Below, piece after piece: positions 10,927 through 21,327 of a stretch of DNA of 64,000 bases (positions are counted from its first letter, which is position 1; each line of letters opens with the position of its first letter). The DNA lies in the NCBI GenBank assembly GCA_965219955.1, contig OZ244799.1:3104001-3168000 (forward strand), written 5' to 3'. The DNA comes from a bacterium (GTDB lineage Bacteria; UBA8248). The notes under the pieces were generated by a model. It did no database searches and was not told where the DNA came from. It saw nothing but the letters and a program-made list of their open reading frames with translations. A program made the position numbers and the translations under genes.

Positions 10927-13206
10927 ATGCTGTTGGACCGTTACATCAACGCCGTTCTTCGTCATCGTTGGCTGGTGATAGCGCTGGCCGCGTCGATCAT
11001 GCTCATCACGGGAGTCGGCGCGCTGTTCATCGGCGTCACGAACGACTACCGCATCATGTTCAGCGAAGAAAATCCACAGTATGTCGATTTCAAGGCGCTC
11101 GAGAACATTTTTTCCACATCCAACATGGCGTTCATCGCCATCGAGCCCCGGGGAGGTTCCGTTTTCACCCGCGAAACGCTTGGCGCGCTCGAGGAATTGA
11201 CGGAAGCCGCCTGGCGAACACCCCATTCCAGGCGGGTCGACTCCCTGACGAACTACACCCATAGCTGGGCCAAGGGAGATGAACTGATCGTCGAGCCGCT
11301 CGTCGACGACGCGCGCTCGCTGAGCAATGCCGACCTCGCGCGAATCAGGAAAATCGCGCTCGAGTCGCGCGATCTGCCCGGTCGTCTCGTCTCCCGGAAG
11401 GGGCATGTGGCCGGGCTGGCAATTACTTTCGTCCTGCCCGACGACATGGACGCCGCGGTGGTCTCGATAAACGACTACCTGAACGCTCTGTTGAAGAGAG
11501 CCGGCGCGAGACACCCGGAAGTCGCCTACTACCTGAGCGGCGACGTGATCAGTAACCGCACTTTCTCCGTGGCGACTTACAATGATTTCGTCTTCCTGGC
11601 TCCAGTAGTGTTCCTCATGATCGTCGTCATCAGCACACTTCTCCTGCGCTCGTTTCTCGGCACGTTTTCCATCATCGTCGTGATCGGGTTCGTCATCCTG
11701 AGCACGATGGGGATTGCGGGCTGGCTCGGCACGGTGTTCAGCCCCGTCAACGCCGGCGTGCCGACCATCGTCATGGCGACATGCGTCGCCCACTCTATCC
11801 ACATCATCACGACCACCCTGCTGGGAATGGGCCATGGGTTGGATAAAAATAAGGCGATTGCCGAATCGCTTCGGACCAACGCATGGCCGGTGTTTCTGAC
11901 TTCGATCACGACCGCCATCGGATTCCTGAGCCTGAACTCCTCGGATTCACCTCCCGCCCGTATTCTGGGGAATCTCGTGGCGCTCGGCGTGCTGTGGGCT
12001 TTCGTCTTCTCGATGACCCTGTTGCCGGCCCTGCTTTCGATTCTGCCGTTGCGCGCGCGCCGGATTCCCACCGACAAATCCCCTTTTTTCGTCCGCTTCG
12101 GCGCTTTCGTGGTCAAGCGCCGCGCGTTTCTGCTCTGTTTCGTCGCCGTTCTGACGGCTGTTCTCATCACGGGCATACCCCGCAACGAGTTGACCGACAG
12201 ATGGACGCACTATTTCGACGAACGCTACCGGTTCCGCCGCGATTCGGATTTCATCTTCGATAACCTGAACAGCATGAATTTCCTGGAGTATGCGCTGAAA
12301 TCGGGGCGTGAAGGCGGCATCACCGATCCCGAATACCTGAAAAAAGTCGAAGCCTTCGCGAAATGGTACCGGGAGCAACCGGAAGTGAGCCACGTCCAGG
12401 CTTTTTCGGACATCATGAAGCGTCTGAACAAGAACCTGCACGGCGACGACCCGGCCTTTTACAAACTCCCTGAAGACCCCGAGCTCGCCGCGCAATATCT
12501 CCTGCTCTATGAGTTTTCCCTGCCCTTCGGCATGGACTTGAACGACCGCATCGACGTCGCCAAGTCCACGACGCGAATGACCGTCATGGTTCGCAACCGC
12601 TCCTCCAGGGACCAGCGTGAACTCGACGAGCGCGCCAAAGCCTGGCTCCGCACCAACATACCCGAGTTTGCGACCGAGGCGTCGGGCATCACCATGATCT
12701 TCGCGCATCTATCGCTCCGTAACATCCACAGCATGCTGCGCGGCACGATCATCGCCATGCTGATTATCTCTTTACTCCTGATCTGGGTTTTCAAAAGCGT
12801 GCGTCTGGGCCTCATCAGCCTCGTGCCCAACTTCATCCCCGCCGCCATGACCTTCGGCCTGTGGGGCTACATGGTCGGCCAGGTGGGCTTCGCCGGCTCG
12901 CTGATGACCGCCATCGCGTTCGGAATCATCGTGGACGATACGATCCACTTCATGAGCCGATATCAAAAAGCCCGCCACATGGGCTTCCCCGCGCCCGAGG
13001 CCGTGCGCGCCGCCTTTCGAATCGTGGGCCAGGCGCTATGGACGACGACGGCGGTTTTATCACTCAGCTTCCTGGTGTTCGCCACATCGGGCTTTCATGG
13101 GAGCAGGACGCTCGGCCTCATGGTGGCGATCACGCTCGTCTTCGCGCTCCTGGCCGATTTCCTGCTTCTGCCGACCCTGCTGATGGCTCTCGACCGGAAG
13201 AAGTGA
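10927..13206 (+). CDS. MMPL/RND-family membrane transporter (copy 1)
   Basis: 759 aa, two-repeat RND topology; VFLTSITTAIGF, GIIVDDTIHF. Confidence 0.88.
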   Translation: MLLDRYINAVLRHRWLVIALAASIMLITGVGALFIGVTNDYRIMFSEENPQYVDFKALENIFSTSNMAFIAIEPRGGSVFTRETLGALEELTEAAWRTPHSRRVDSLTNYTHSWAKGDELIVEPLVDDARSLSNADLARIRKIALESRDLPGRLVSRKGHVAGLAITFVLPDDMDAAVVSINDYLNALLKRAGARHPEVAYYLSGDVISNRTFSVATYNDFVFLAPVVFLMIVVISTLLLRSFLGTFSIIVVIGFVILSTMGIAGWLGTVFSPVNAGVPTIVMATCVAHSIHIITTTLLGMGHGLDKNKAIAESLRTNAWPVFLTSITTAIGFLSLNSSDSPPARILGNLVALGVLWAFVFSMTLLPALLSILPLRARRIPTDKSPFFVRFGAFVVKRRAFLLCFVAVLTAVLITGIPRNELTDRWTHYFDERYRFRRDSDFIFDNLNSMNFLEYALKSGREGGITDPEYLKKVEAFAKWYREQPEVSHVQAFSDIMKRLNKNLHGDDPAFYKLPEDPELAAQYLLLYEFSLPFGMDLNDRIDVAKSTTRMTVMVRNRSSRDQRELDERAKAWLRTNIPEFATEASGITMIFAHLSLRNIHSMLRGTIIAMLIISLLLIWVFKSVRLGLISLVPNFIPAAMTFGLWGYMVGQVGFAGSLMTAIAFGIIVDDTIHFMSRYQKARHMGFPAPEAVRAAFRIVGQALWTTTAVLSLSFLVFATSGFHGSRTLGLMVAITLVFALLADFLLLPTLLMALDRKK

Positions 13207-13253
13207 TGGGCCGTCTCATTTCACCCTTAGAACAAAGGGATCAAGAACACGAG

Positions 13254-13334
13254 TGAATCTTCTTCCGGGATTGTGGATAAACGAGCAAGTCAGAAAAAAC
13301 CATCTGAGAATCGGCTGAAATATCCCTTGCGCAG
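13254..13334 (+). repeat. Degenerate copy of the livF 3' end and its downstream flank (10617-10698)
   Basis: aacgagcaagtcagaaaaaaccatctgagaatcggctga vs aacgaggaagtcagaaaaacccatctcggaatcggctga. Confidence 0.75.
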
Positions 13335-13574
13335 TGGATGGATTTGACAGTATATTTAATAAATTGCAAAGAAACCATAAAGGAAACTGAAACAAATAGT
13401 TGCGGGTGAGGGTTCAAGGGGGTGTCTTAACGGTTTTTCGAAAGTTTACTTGCTGCGTTGTTTTCGCAGGACTCAACAGGTAGATGTACATGCTTTCTAC
13501 AGGATGGATTCATTCTTCGCCTCACCGGAAATTCCGAGAACCCCTGAATGAACTTTCGAGGAGACCTTACGGCG

Positions 13575-14738
13575 ATGCAAATTCCATCCGCCTACGTTGA
13601 AGGCTACGAGAACAAGGCTCGTCTTCACGATCAGGAACTGGCGGACCTCTACATCCGGCACACCACCATCGGCGACCCGGAACTCGACCCGATCATGGAG
13701 GAGATTGCCTCCATTCCCACCTACGACCTGCACGCGTTCATCGAGGCCGGCATCGAAGGACATGACCGTGTTCTGCAGGAAGCGCCGCAACCCCTGCGCG
13801 ATTTCTTCTGGAATTTCAAAGAGCCGTCCTGGCTGGATCATGAAACCTTCAAGCCGGGGGTCCGCTGTTTCAACGTCAACGTCGACCTCATGCTCGTCGC
13901 GTTCGTGACGGGGGTGCTGGTGGAGGGTTTCTCGACGCTCATCGCCAAATCCTTCAACACGACCGGGCGGGTGGCGGCGACCCCCAGGCGCCTCATGCAG
14001 AACAACCGCCAGTTGATGGAGATATTCTACCCCGGCGGCCTGCTGAGAGACGGCGACGGCTGGAAGCTCTCCGTGCGCGTCCGGTTCGTGCACGCGCGCA
14101 TCCGGCAACTGCTGGCGAAATCAGGCGACTGGGACCAGGAAACCTGGGGCACGCCGCTGAGCGCGGCGAACCTGGGGTTGGCCATCGCCATCTTCTCGAT
14201 GCAGCTACTCAAATACTCGCGGCGGGTGGGAACGAGCTTCAGCATCGAGGAACAAGAGAGCGTTCTCGCCGTCTGGCGCTACTCGGGCTACCTCATGGGG
14301 GTACCCGAGACCATCCTCTACACCGACGGCGCGGATGCGGAGAGAAAACACAACATCGCCTACATGTGCGAACCACCGCCCGGCGAAGATTCGGTGACCA
14401 TGTCGAACTCGCTGATCAAGGCCATCGCGCCGGTCGCCGGCGTGACGGACCCGAAGGAGCAGGAAGACTTGACGGATCTGGCCTACCGCCTTTCGAGAGG
14501 GCTGATAGGCCAGAAACTCGCGGATCAGTTCGGGTATCCGAAGCACTCCCGCCTCAATACGATGATTACGCTCTACAGTTTCCGGATAAAACAACGCTTC
14601 CTGCGATTCTTGCACAGCAAACAGCTCGTCAAATCCAAGAATTTTTCGCAGCTTCTCCAGATTTCGGTGTACGATGAGGGCGGGATCAGCTACCGGATGC
14701 CCGACCGCGTCAAAGCGTCGGAATCGAGCAAGTGGTAA
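13575..14738 (+). CDS. Oxygenase MpaB / latex-clearing protein (DUF2236)-like heme oxygenase
   Basis: GWKLSVRVRFVHARIR (heme-His region), WD..WGTP, WRYSGYLMGV; RBS gaggag favours ATG 13575 over 13548. Confidence 0.75.
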   Translation: MQIPSAYVEGYENKARLHDQELADLYIRHTTIGDPELDPIMEEIASIPTYDLHAFIEAGIEGHDRVLQEAPQPLRDFFWNFKEPSWLDHETFKPGVRCFNVNVDLMLVAFVTGVLVEGFSTLIAKSFNTTGRVAATPRRLMQNNRQLMEIFYPGGLLRDGDGWKLSVRVRFVHARIRQLLAKSGDWDQETWGTPLSAANLGLAIAIFSMQLLKYSRRVGTSFSIEEQESVLAVWRYSGYLMGVPETILYTDGADAERKHNIAYMCEPPPGEDSVTMSNSLIKAIAPVAGVTDPKEQEDLTDLAYRLSRGLIGQKLADQFGYPKHSRLNTMITLYSFRIKQRFLRFLHSKQLVKSKNFSQLLQISVYDEGGISYRMPDRVKASESSKW

Positions 14739-14810
14739 GCGGCCCGGTGATATGGCGCCCCCCGAACAGACAGTTCACGCCCGGCCCGTGAGAAGGAAGG
14801 AATAACTCCC

Positions 14811-17093
14811 GTGCGACTGGAACGCTATATCGACGCCGTTCTGCGCCGGCGGTGGCTCGTCGTCGCGCTGGCCGTCGTGCTCCTGCTCATCACGGGAGCG
14901 GGCGGACGCTTCATCAAGACCACGAACGACTACCGCATCATGTTCGGCGAAGACAATCCCCAGCTCACCGCCTTCAGAGAGCTGGAGAAAACCTTCTCCA
15001 CGTCCGACACCGCGCTCATCGCCGTTGCGCCCAAGGGCGGTTCTGTCTTCACCAAAGAGGCGCTCGGCGCGCTCGAGGAGTTGACCCAGGCCGGGTGGAA
15101 GACGCCGCATTCGAGCCGTGTCGACTCCCTCACGAACTACAACCACAGCCGGGCGGAGGGGGATGACCTGATCGTCGAGCCGCTCGTAGACGACGCGAGC
15201 GCGCTGAGCGAGGCGGAGGTCGCGCGAATCCGGAAAATCGCGCTGGGCGCCAAGGCAATCGCCGGACGCCTCGTCTCTCATGATGGCCGCGTGGGCGGGC
15301 TGGCGATCACTTTTATCCTGCCTGACGACCTCGACGCCGCGGTGATCGAGATAAGCGATTATCTGAACGCCGTTCTCAAGAAGGCCCGAACGAAATACCC
15401 GGACATCTCCTTTCACCTGACCGGCGACGTCATCATGCACCGCGCCTTCGCCGACGTGACGAAAGAAGAGCTGGAAACGCTCATGCCGCTCGTGTTTCTC
15501 ATGATCATCATCACGACCGCGCTTCTCCTGCGCTCGTTGCTGGGCACGCTGGCCATCGTCGTCTCCATCGTATTCATCCTGATCAACACGCTGGGGATCG
15601 CAGGCTGGGTGGGGGCGGTGTTCAGCCCCACCAATTCCGGCGTGCCGATCATCATCATGGCGATCTCCGTCGCGAACTCGGTCCACATCGTCACGGCCAC
15701 GCTGCTGGGCATGGGGCGCGGGCTCGAGAAGAACGCGTCGATCGCCGAATCGCTTCGGAACAACGCCTGGCCGGTGCTCCTGACCTCGCTCACGACCGCG
15801 ATCGGCTTCCTGAGCCTGAACACGTCGGATTCGCCGCCCTTCCACGTCCTGGGCAATCTCGTGGCGCTGGGCGTGCTGTTCTCCTTCGTCTACGCCATGA
15901 CGCTGCTGCCGGCGCTGCTTTCGATTCTGCCCTTGCGCGCGCGCCGGATTCCGCCCGGGAAATCCTCATTTTTCGATCGATTCGGCGACTTCGTCGTCGA
16001 GCGCCGCGTGCTTCTGCTCGCGTTCGTCGCGGTTCTGACGCTCGTTCTCATCAGCGGCATCCCCCGCAACGAGCTGACCGAACGGTGGGTGCACTACTTC
16101 GACGAGCGCTACGAGTTCCGCCGCGATACGGATTTCGTGTTCGAGAACCTGACCGGCCTGGATTCACTGGAATACTCGCTCAAATCGGGGCGCGAAGGGG
16201 GCATCACCGATCCTGAATACCTCAAAAAAGTAGAGGCCTTCGCCGAGTGGTGCCGGAAGCAGCCCAAGGTGAGCCACGTGCGGGCGTTTTCGGACGTCAT
16301 GAAGCGCCTGAACAAGAACATGCACGGCGACGACCCGGCCTTTTATAAACTCCCCGACGACCCGGAGCTCGCCGCGCAATATCTGCTGCTCTACGAGTTC
16401 TCGCTCCCCTTCGGGATGGACCTCAACAACCGCATCGACGTCGCGAAATCCGCAACGCGCATGACCGTCGTGATCCGCAGCCTCTCCTCCAAGGACCAGC
16501 GCGATTTCGACGAGCACGCGCAAGTCTGGCTCCGCGCCAACATACCCGAGTTCGCGGCCGAGGCGTCGGGCATCACCATGGTCTTCGCGCACCTCACGCT
16601 CAGGAACATCCACAGCATGCTGCGCGGCACGATAATCGCCATGGCGCTCATCTCGTTGATTCTGATCCTGGTCTTCAAGAACGTGCGCATCGGCCTCATC
16701 AGCCTCGTGCCGAACTTCATTCCCGCGGCCATGACTTTCGGCCTGTGGGGCCACCTGGTCGGCCGCCTGGGCCTCGCAGGCTCCGTGATGACCGCGATCG
16801 CGTTCGGGATCATCGTGGACGACACGATCCACTTCCTGAGCAAATATCTGAGATTCCGCCGCGAGGGCCTCTCCGCGACCGAGTCCGTGCGCGGCGTCTT
16901 CCGCACCGTGGGCCATGCGCTGTGGACCACGACGGCGGTCTTGTCACTCGGTTTTCTGGTGTTCGCTTCATCGGGGTTCGAGGTCAGCTGGGCGCTCGGC
17001 CTGATGGTGGCGATCACGATCAGCTTCGCGCTTCTCGCCGATTTCCTGCTCCTGCCGACCCTGCTGATGACGCTCGACCGGAATAATTCATAA
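14811..17093 (+). CDS. MMPL/RND-family membrane transporter (copy 2, paralogue of 10927-13206)
   Basis: Long identical blocks with copy 1, e.g. GREGGITDPEYLKKVEAFA and ELAAQYLLLYEFSLPFGMDL. Confidence 0.88.
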   Translation: MRLERYIDAVLRRRWLVVALAVVLLLITGAGGRFIKTTNDYRIMFGEDNPQLTAFRELEKTFSTSDTALIAVAPKGGSVFTKEALGALEELTQAGWKTPHSSRVDSLTNYNHSRAEGDDLIVEPLVDDASALSEAEVARIRKIALGAKAIAGRLVSHDGRVGGLAITFILPDDLDAAVIEISDYLNAVLKKARTKYPDISFHLTGDVIMHRAFADVTKEELETLMPLVFLMIIITTALLLRSLLGTLAIVVSIVFILINTLGIAGWVGAVFSPTNSGVPIIIMAISVANSVHIVTATLLGMGRGLEKNASIAESLRNNAWPVLLTSLTTAIGFLSLNTSDSPPFHVLGNLVALGVLFSFVYAMTLLPALLSILPLRARRIPPGKSSFFDRFGDFVVERRVLLLAFVAVLTLVLISGIPRNELTERWVHYFDERYEFRRDTDFVFENLTGLDSLEYSLKSGREGGITDPEYLKKVEAFAEWCRKQPKVSHVRAFSDVMKRLNKNMHGDDPAFYKLPDDPELAAQYLLLYEFSLPFGMDLNNRIDVAKSATRMTVVIRSLSSKDQRDFDEHAQVWLRANIPEFAAEASGITMVFAHLTLRNIHSMLRGTIIAMALISLILILVFKNVRIGLISLVPNFIPAAMTFGLWGHLVGRLGLAGSVMTAIAFGIIVDDTIHFLSKYLRFRREGLSATESVRGVFRTVGHALWTTTAVLSLGFLVFASSGFEVSWALGLMVAITISFALLADFLLLPTLLMTLDRNNS

Positions 17094-17144
17094 TGCCTAT
17101 CCACAAGAATGTTGCGACACATTCATATCCACGAGGAAAGCTAC

Positions 17145-18509
17145 ATGAGAAAGAGTACCGTTGTAATTATAGGAGGGGGAGCGGCCGGACTGAGCGCGGC
17201 GTACACGCTCAAGAAACACGGCATCGAATCCATCTTGCTCGAGGCCAACGACCAGATAGGCGGACGCATGGGCGGCGACAGGGTGGATGGCTTTTCGGTG
17301 GATGCGGGCGCGGACTTCTTCCCGGCCTGTTACGACGTCGCATTTCGCTTGTGCGAGGAGTTGGGGTTACCCTTGATTCGCACGAAGATGAACATCGACT
17401 GGCGCAGAAAGGGTCGATGGGTTGTGACGAGGCCGATTGAATCCCTCGGCGACTTCATCAGCAACCTGGCGCCGTTCTGGACGTTAGAGTTCCTGTCGCC
17501 TCGGGGGTTGTGGCCGACCCTGAAGCTGGTCAAGAGCATCAAGGACGATTCGGAGTACCTGAATTACTCCAGCGACCACAAAATCGCCGAGCTCGACGGG
17601 GAAGAGACCTACGGCGACTACCTCGACAGACTTGGTATTCCCGAGTCTCTGAGGGTGACGTTGGAGGGGTTCCTGGAATTGACGATGGGCAACCCCGAAG
17701 ACTTCGGCGCGACGTGGATTCGGGCATTTCTGGGAGAAGTTCTGCTGAAACCCGAGCAGCTCTACGTGCCGGAGGAGGGCTGCAGCTCCCTGTCCTACGC
17801 CCTGGCCGACGCCTCGGAAGCCGATATTCGCCTCTCGACGCCCGTCAGGCAGGTGGTCATCCGGGACGGGATCGTGACGGGCGTGATCACCGACGCCGGC
17901 CTCATCGAGGCGGACGCCGTCATCTGCGCCGTGCAAGCCACGAAGGCGCTGGAACTTATCCCCGACCTGCCGCCCGGGATTCGCCACGCGCTCGGCAAGG
18001 TAACTTACTCGCGCGGGATTCGAGTAGTAGTCGGCCTCGACCACCGGCCGCTCCCCCCCGGCTGGTCTGTCGCATTGTACCCCGAAGACGACACCCCGGC
18101 GCTCTTGGACCGGACCATCAACCTGCCCGCCTGCGCACCGCCCGGTAAGAGCACATTGGACCTTTGGGTGGGCGAGAACCGCGCTGAGGAACTGCTTCCG
18201 CTCGACGATGCGGAGATCAGGCGCCGGATGCTCGCCGACGTGCGCCGGAACCCTCCTCCCGGCTCCAACCTTCCCGGCGACGACGAGGTGCTGTTTACCC
18301 GCGTGTACCGCTGGCGAGAGGCCGTGTGCATGGGGCTGCCCGGCATGTTCAAGGCGATAGTGGATATGCGCGCTCGACTCAACCAGGACGTGAAGAATCT
18401 CTTTCTGGCGGGCGACTACATGCGGTCGCCCATTGTGAACGGCGCCCTGGCCAGCGGCGTGGATGCGGCCGATGAGGCTGCGGAGTTGCTGGCGTCCCGC
18501 CCCGCATAA
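17145..18509 (+). CDS. FAD-dependent oxidoreductase (amine oxidase / HemY / phytoene desaturase superfamily)
   Basis: VIIGGGAAGL..A, LEA..IGGR, DAGA, LFLAGDY; start refined from 17109. Confidence 0.8.
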   Translation: MRKSTVVIIGGGAAGLSAAYTLKKHGIESILLEANDQIGGRMGGDRVDGFSVDAGADFFPACYDVAFRLCEELGLPLIRTKMNIDWRRKGRWVVTRPIESLGDFISNLAPFWTLEFLSPRGLWPTLKLVKSIKDDSEYLNYSSDHKIAELDGEETYGDYLDRLGIPESLRVTLEGFLELTMGNPEDFGATWIRAFLGEVLLKPEQLYVPEEGCSSLSYALADASEADIRLSTPVRQVVIRDGIVTGVITDAGLIEADAVICAVQATKALELIPDLPPGIRHALGKVTYSRGIRVVVGLDHRPLPPGWSVALYPEDDTPALLDRTINLPACAPPGKSTLDLWVGENRAEELLPLDDAEIRRRMLADVRRNPPPGSNLPGDDEVLFTRVYRWREAVCMGLPGMFKAIVDMRARLNQDVKNLFLAGDYMRSPIVNGALASGVDAADEAAELLASRPA

Positions 18510-18550
18510 GAGCAGGCGTTCTTAGATGTAATGGGGCGCGCTCACCCTGT

Positions 18551-18777
18551 GGGGGCTGTTGAAAAAGCCTTTGTCAGTCGGTGTTGCGGTTGTAGGGACA
18601 ACCCTCCGTGGTTGTCCTTTTGCAGGATGGTTCGAATCAGGACAGGCACGGAGGCCTGTCCCTACGGGGCTGCGCCTCCTCGGTCGGTTCGATTGCCCCC
18701 TCATTTGTTGAAAGGCAACCCCTGCAACCGGATTGGCGAACTGCCTGAATCGGGCGGGCGCAGAGGCCTGCCCCTAC
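18551..18777. repeat. Repeat cluster: GGGGCTGTTGAAAAA end motif plus three GTAG-type REP palindromes
   Basis: gtagggacaaccctccgtggttgtcc (18592), ggacaggcacggaggcctgtccctac (18640), gggcgggcgcagaggcctgcccctac (18752). Confidence 0.75.
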
Positions 18778-18796
18778 GGACCAACGCGTTCGGGAG

Positions 18797-21091
18797 TCAC
18801 GACCTCGCTTTCAGGAGCGCCATCGCGACCCTGTCCGGCGTCAGGGGCAGGTCGTGGAAACGGACGCCCGTGGCGTCGCAGATCGCGTTGGCGATGGCCG
18901 CCGCCGTGGGCACGGTCACCTGCTCGCCGACGCCCTTCGCCCCGTACGGGCCGTTCGAGTAGGCATCCTCCACGATGAGGGAAGCCACCCGGTCCGGCAC
19001 GTCTTCCACCGTGGGAGCGAGGTAGCCGTGCATGTCGGGGTTTTCCATCCGCCCCTCGCGCTGGACGACCTCCTCCATCATGCAGAAGCCGATCCCCATG
19101 TAGACGCCGCCCTCGATCTGCTGCTCCACGCCCATGGGGCTGATGGCCCGGCCCACGTCGTGCGCGGCCCAGACGCCGGTGACCTCCACCTCGCCCGTCT
19201 CCTCGTCCACCAGCACCTCCGCCACCTGGCTGCCGAACCCGTAGATCTCATACGGCTCGCCCTGGCCGGTCTCCGCATCGACCTTGGCGGGCGGCGGGAT
19301 GCTGTCCGCGGCCCCGATCTGCTTGAGTTCATCGGCAACGAAGGCGCCCGCGATCTCGGCGAGCGTGACCCGCGTCTCCTCGTGCGAGCGCGAGCGGACC
19401 ACGCCGCCGCGCAGTTCCAGGTCCGCAGGGTCCGCCTCCAGCAGAATGCCTCCCAGCCGCAGCAATTCCTCGCGCGCCTTGATGGCCGCGTTGTAGACCG
19501 CCTTCCCGCCCTGCATGGTGATGCGCGAACTCGAACTCGTGCCCCCGAAGGGATCGATGGCGGTGTCCACGCTCTCCATCAGGAACTCAGGATACGGGAT
19601 GTCCAGCGTCTCGGCGGCGATCTGGCAGAGCACCGTCTTGCTGCCCTGGCCGAAATCCACGACGCCGGCGGCCACCTGCACCTTGCCGTCCGCCGTCAGG
19701 AAGACGTGCGCCTCCGCCGGGGAATAGGCGTTGCCCGTCCCGTAGAGACAGCTCGCCACGCCGCGCCCGCGCAAGCGGCCGTCCGCGGCTCTGCCGTTTC
19801 CTTCGCTTCCCCAGGAGGAGGCCCGCTCCACTTCTTTCAGCGTGTCGAGGAAGCCGACGCTCTCGGGCAGGTGCTGGTTCCACGCCGTACGTGTTCCGAC
19901 CCGAAGCCCGTTCACGCGCCTGATCTCGATGGGGTCCATCCCCAGCACCCTGGCGAGCGCGTCCATCTGCTGCTCGCCCGCGAAGTGCACCTGCGGACAT
20001 CCCGGCCCGCGCATCTGGCCCCCGTAGGGATGGTTCGTGTGCACGCAGTGGACGTCCACCTTCACGTTCGGCGCCTGGTAGGGGCCCGCGGCATGGTAGG
20101 TCGCGCGCTTGAACGCGGGCGGGTTGTCCCCCCCGTTGGCCACGTACGCCCCCTTGTCGAGCCAGACTTCTACTTGAACGGCGGTAAGGCGTCCGTCCTT
20201 CGTCGCCCCGGTTTTCGAGCGGATGAACGCCGCGTGGCGCTTGGTGGAGGCGATCATGCTCTCCTCGCGTGAATAGACAAGCTTCACCGGCCTGCCGGCG
20301 GCGCGGGCGAGGACGGCGGCGCGCAGGCACACGTCGAGGCTCGCCTCGCTCTTCCCGCCGAAGGCCCCGCCGGTGGTCGTCTGGACGAAACGGACCGAGC
20401 TCTCGCCCTTGAGGCCCAGTATGCGGGCGACGTTCTGCCTGACGAGAAAAGGCTGCTGGGTCGAACCCCATATCTGGATCCCGCCGCCGGGGTTGGGGCT
20501 CGCGCACGCCGCCTCCACTTCGAGATAGAGGTGATCGACGGCGGGCGTGGAGTATTCGTTCTCGACGATCACGTCGGCCTTCCCGAAGCCCTCCTCGATA
20601 TCCCCTTTTCGAATCTTCGCCTGGTTGAGCACGTTCCCGCCGGGGAAGATGACTTCCGCGCCCTCTTCCATCGCCTCGCGCGGACAGGAGACGACGGGCA
20701 GGGGCCGGTATTCGACCCGTATCAGCCGCGTCGCCGCCTCGGCCGCCTCGAGCGTCTCCGCCGCGACGAGCGCGACCACCTCGCCCGTGTAGCGCACCCG
20801 GTCGTGGGCGATGACGGGCATGGCCCGGTTATGGGCGGTGATGCAGGGATGCTCGGCCAGGTCGTCTCCCGTGAGGACGGCCACCACGCCGGGGACGCGC
20901 AGCGCCTCGCCCGCGTCGAGCGAAACTATCTCGGCGTGCGCGTGTTCGCTGCGGAGCGCCTTGCCGACCAGCATCCCCGGAAGCTGGAGGTCGTCGAGGT
21001 AATCCGCGGCGCCCGCCGCCTTTTCGGGGTCGTCCAGAAAGGGAAGGGACTCGCCGACTACGGCGCCGCCCATGTCTTTGGCTTCCGCCAT
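18797..21091 (-). CDS. Xanthine dehydrogenase / aldehyde oxidase family molybdopterin-binding large subunit
   Basis: LRSEHAHA, DRVRYTGE, GGAFGGK, MRGPG, DFGQG, SSR, GAKGVGE. Confidence 0.9.
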   Translation of the reverse strand: MAEAKDMGGAVVGESLPFLDDPEKAAGAADYLDDLQLPGMLVGKALRSEHAHAEIVSLDAGEALRVPGVVAVLTGDDLAEHPCITAHNRAMPVIAHDRVRYTGEVVALVAAETLEAAEAATRLIRVEYRPLPVVSCPREAMEEGAEVIFPGGNVLNQAKIRKGDIEEGFGKADVIVENEYSTPAVDHLYLEVEAACASPNPGGGIQIWGSTQQPFLVRQNVARILGLKGESSVRFVQTTTGGAFGGKSEASLDVCLRAAVLARAAGRPVKLVYSREESMIASTKRHAAFIRSKTGATKDGRLTAVQVEVWLDKGAYVANGGDNPPAFKRATYHAAGPYQAPNVKVDVHCVHTNHPYGGQMRGPGCPQVHFAGEQQMDALARVLGMDPIEIRRVNGLRVGTRTAWNQHLPESVGFLDTLKEVERASSWGSEGNGRAADGRLRGRGVASCLYGTGNAYSPAEAHVFLTADGKVQVAAGVVDFGQGSKTVLCQIAAETLDIPYPEFLMESVDTAIDPFGGTSSSSRITMQGGKAVYNAAIKAREELLRLGGILLEADPADLELRGGVVRSRSHEETRVTLAEIAGAFVADELKQIGAADSIPPPAKVDAETGQGEPYEIYGFGSQVAEVLVDEETGEVEVTGVWAAHDVGRAISPMGVEQQIEGGVYMGIGFCMMEEVVQREGRMENPDMHGYLAPTVEDVPDRVASLIVEDAYSNGPYGAKGVGEQVTVPTAAAIANAICDATGVRFHDLPLTPDRVAMALLKARS

Positions 21092-21327
21092 GGCATACTC
21101 CTGATGAGAAGAGAACCGCGAAATGATAAGTCGATGAATGAGCCGTCAATCTACATGCTCGGACGGCGTTTGTCCACGAAATCGGGGGGACGGAAGGGGC
21201 GACGACCCGGCCTCCCACCCCTGCGCCGCCGCGACGGCTGTGCGATACTGAGGCGGTGGAGCCATGATTCGGCGGAGAGAACGCAGCGCCGCAGGCGACC
21301 CTGCGAACGATCTAAAGGAAGGACCCG

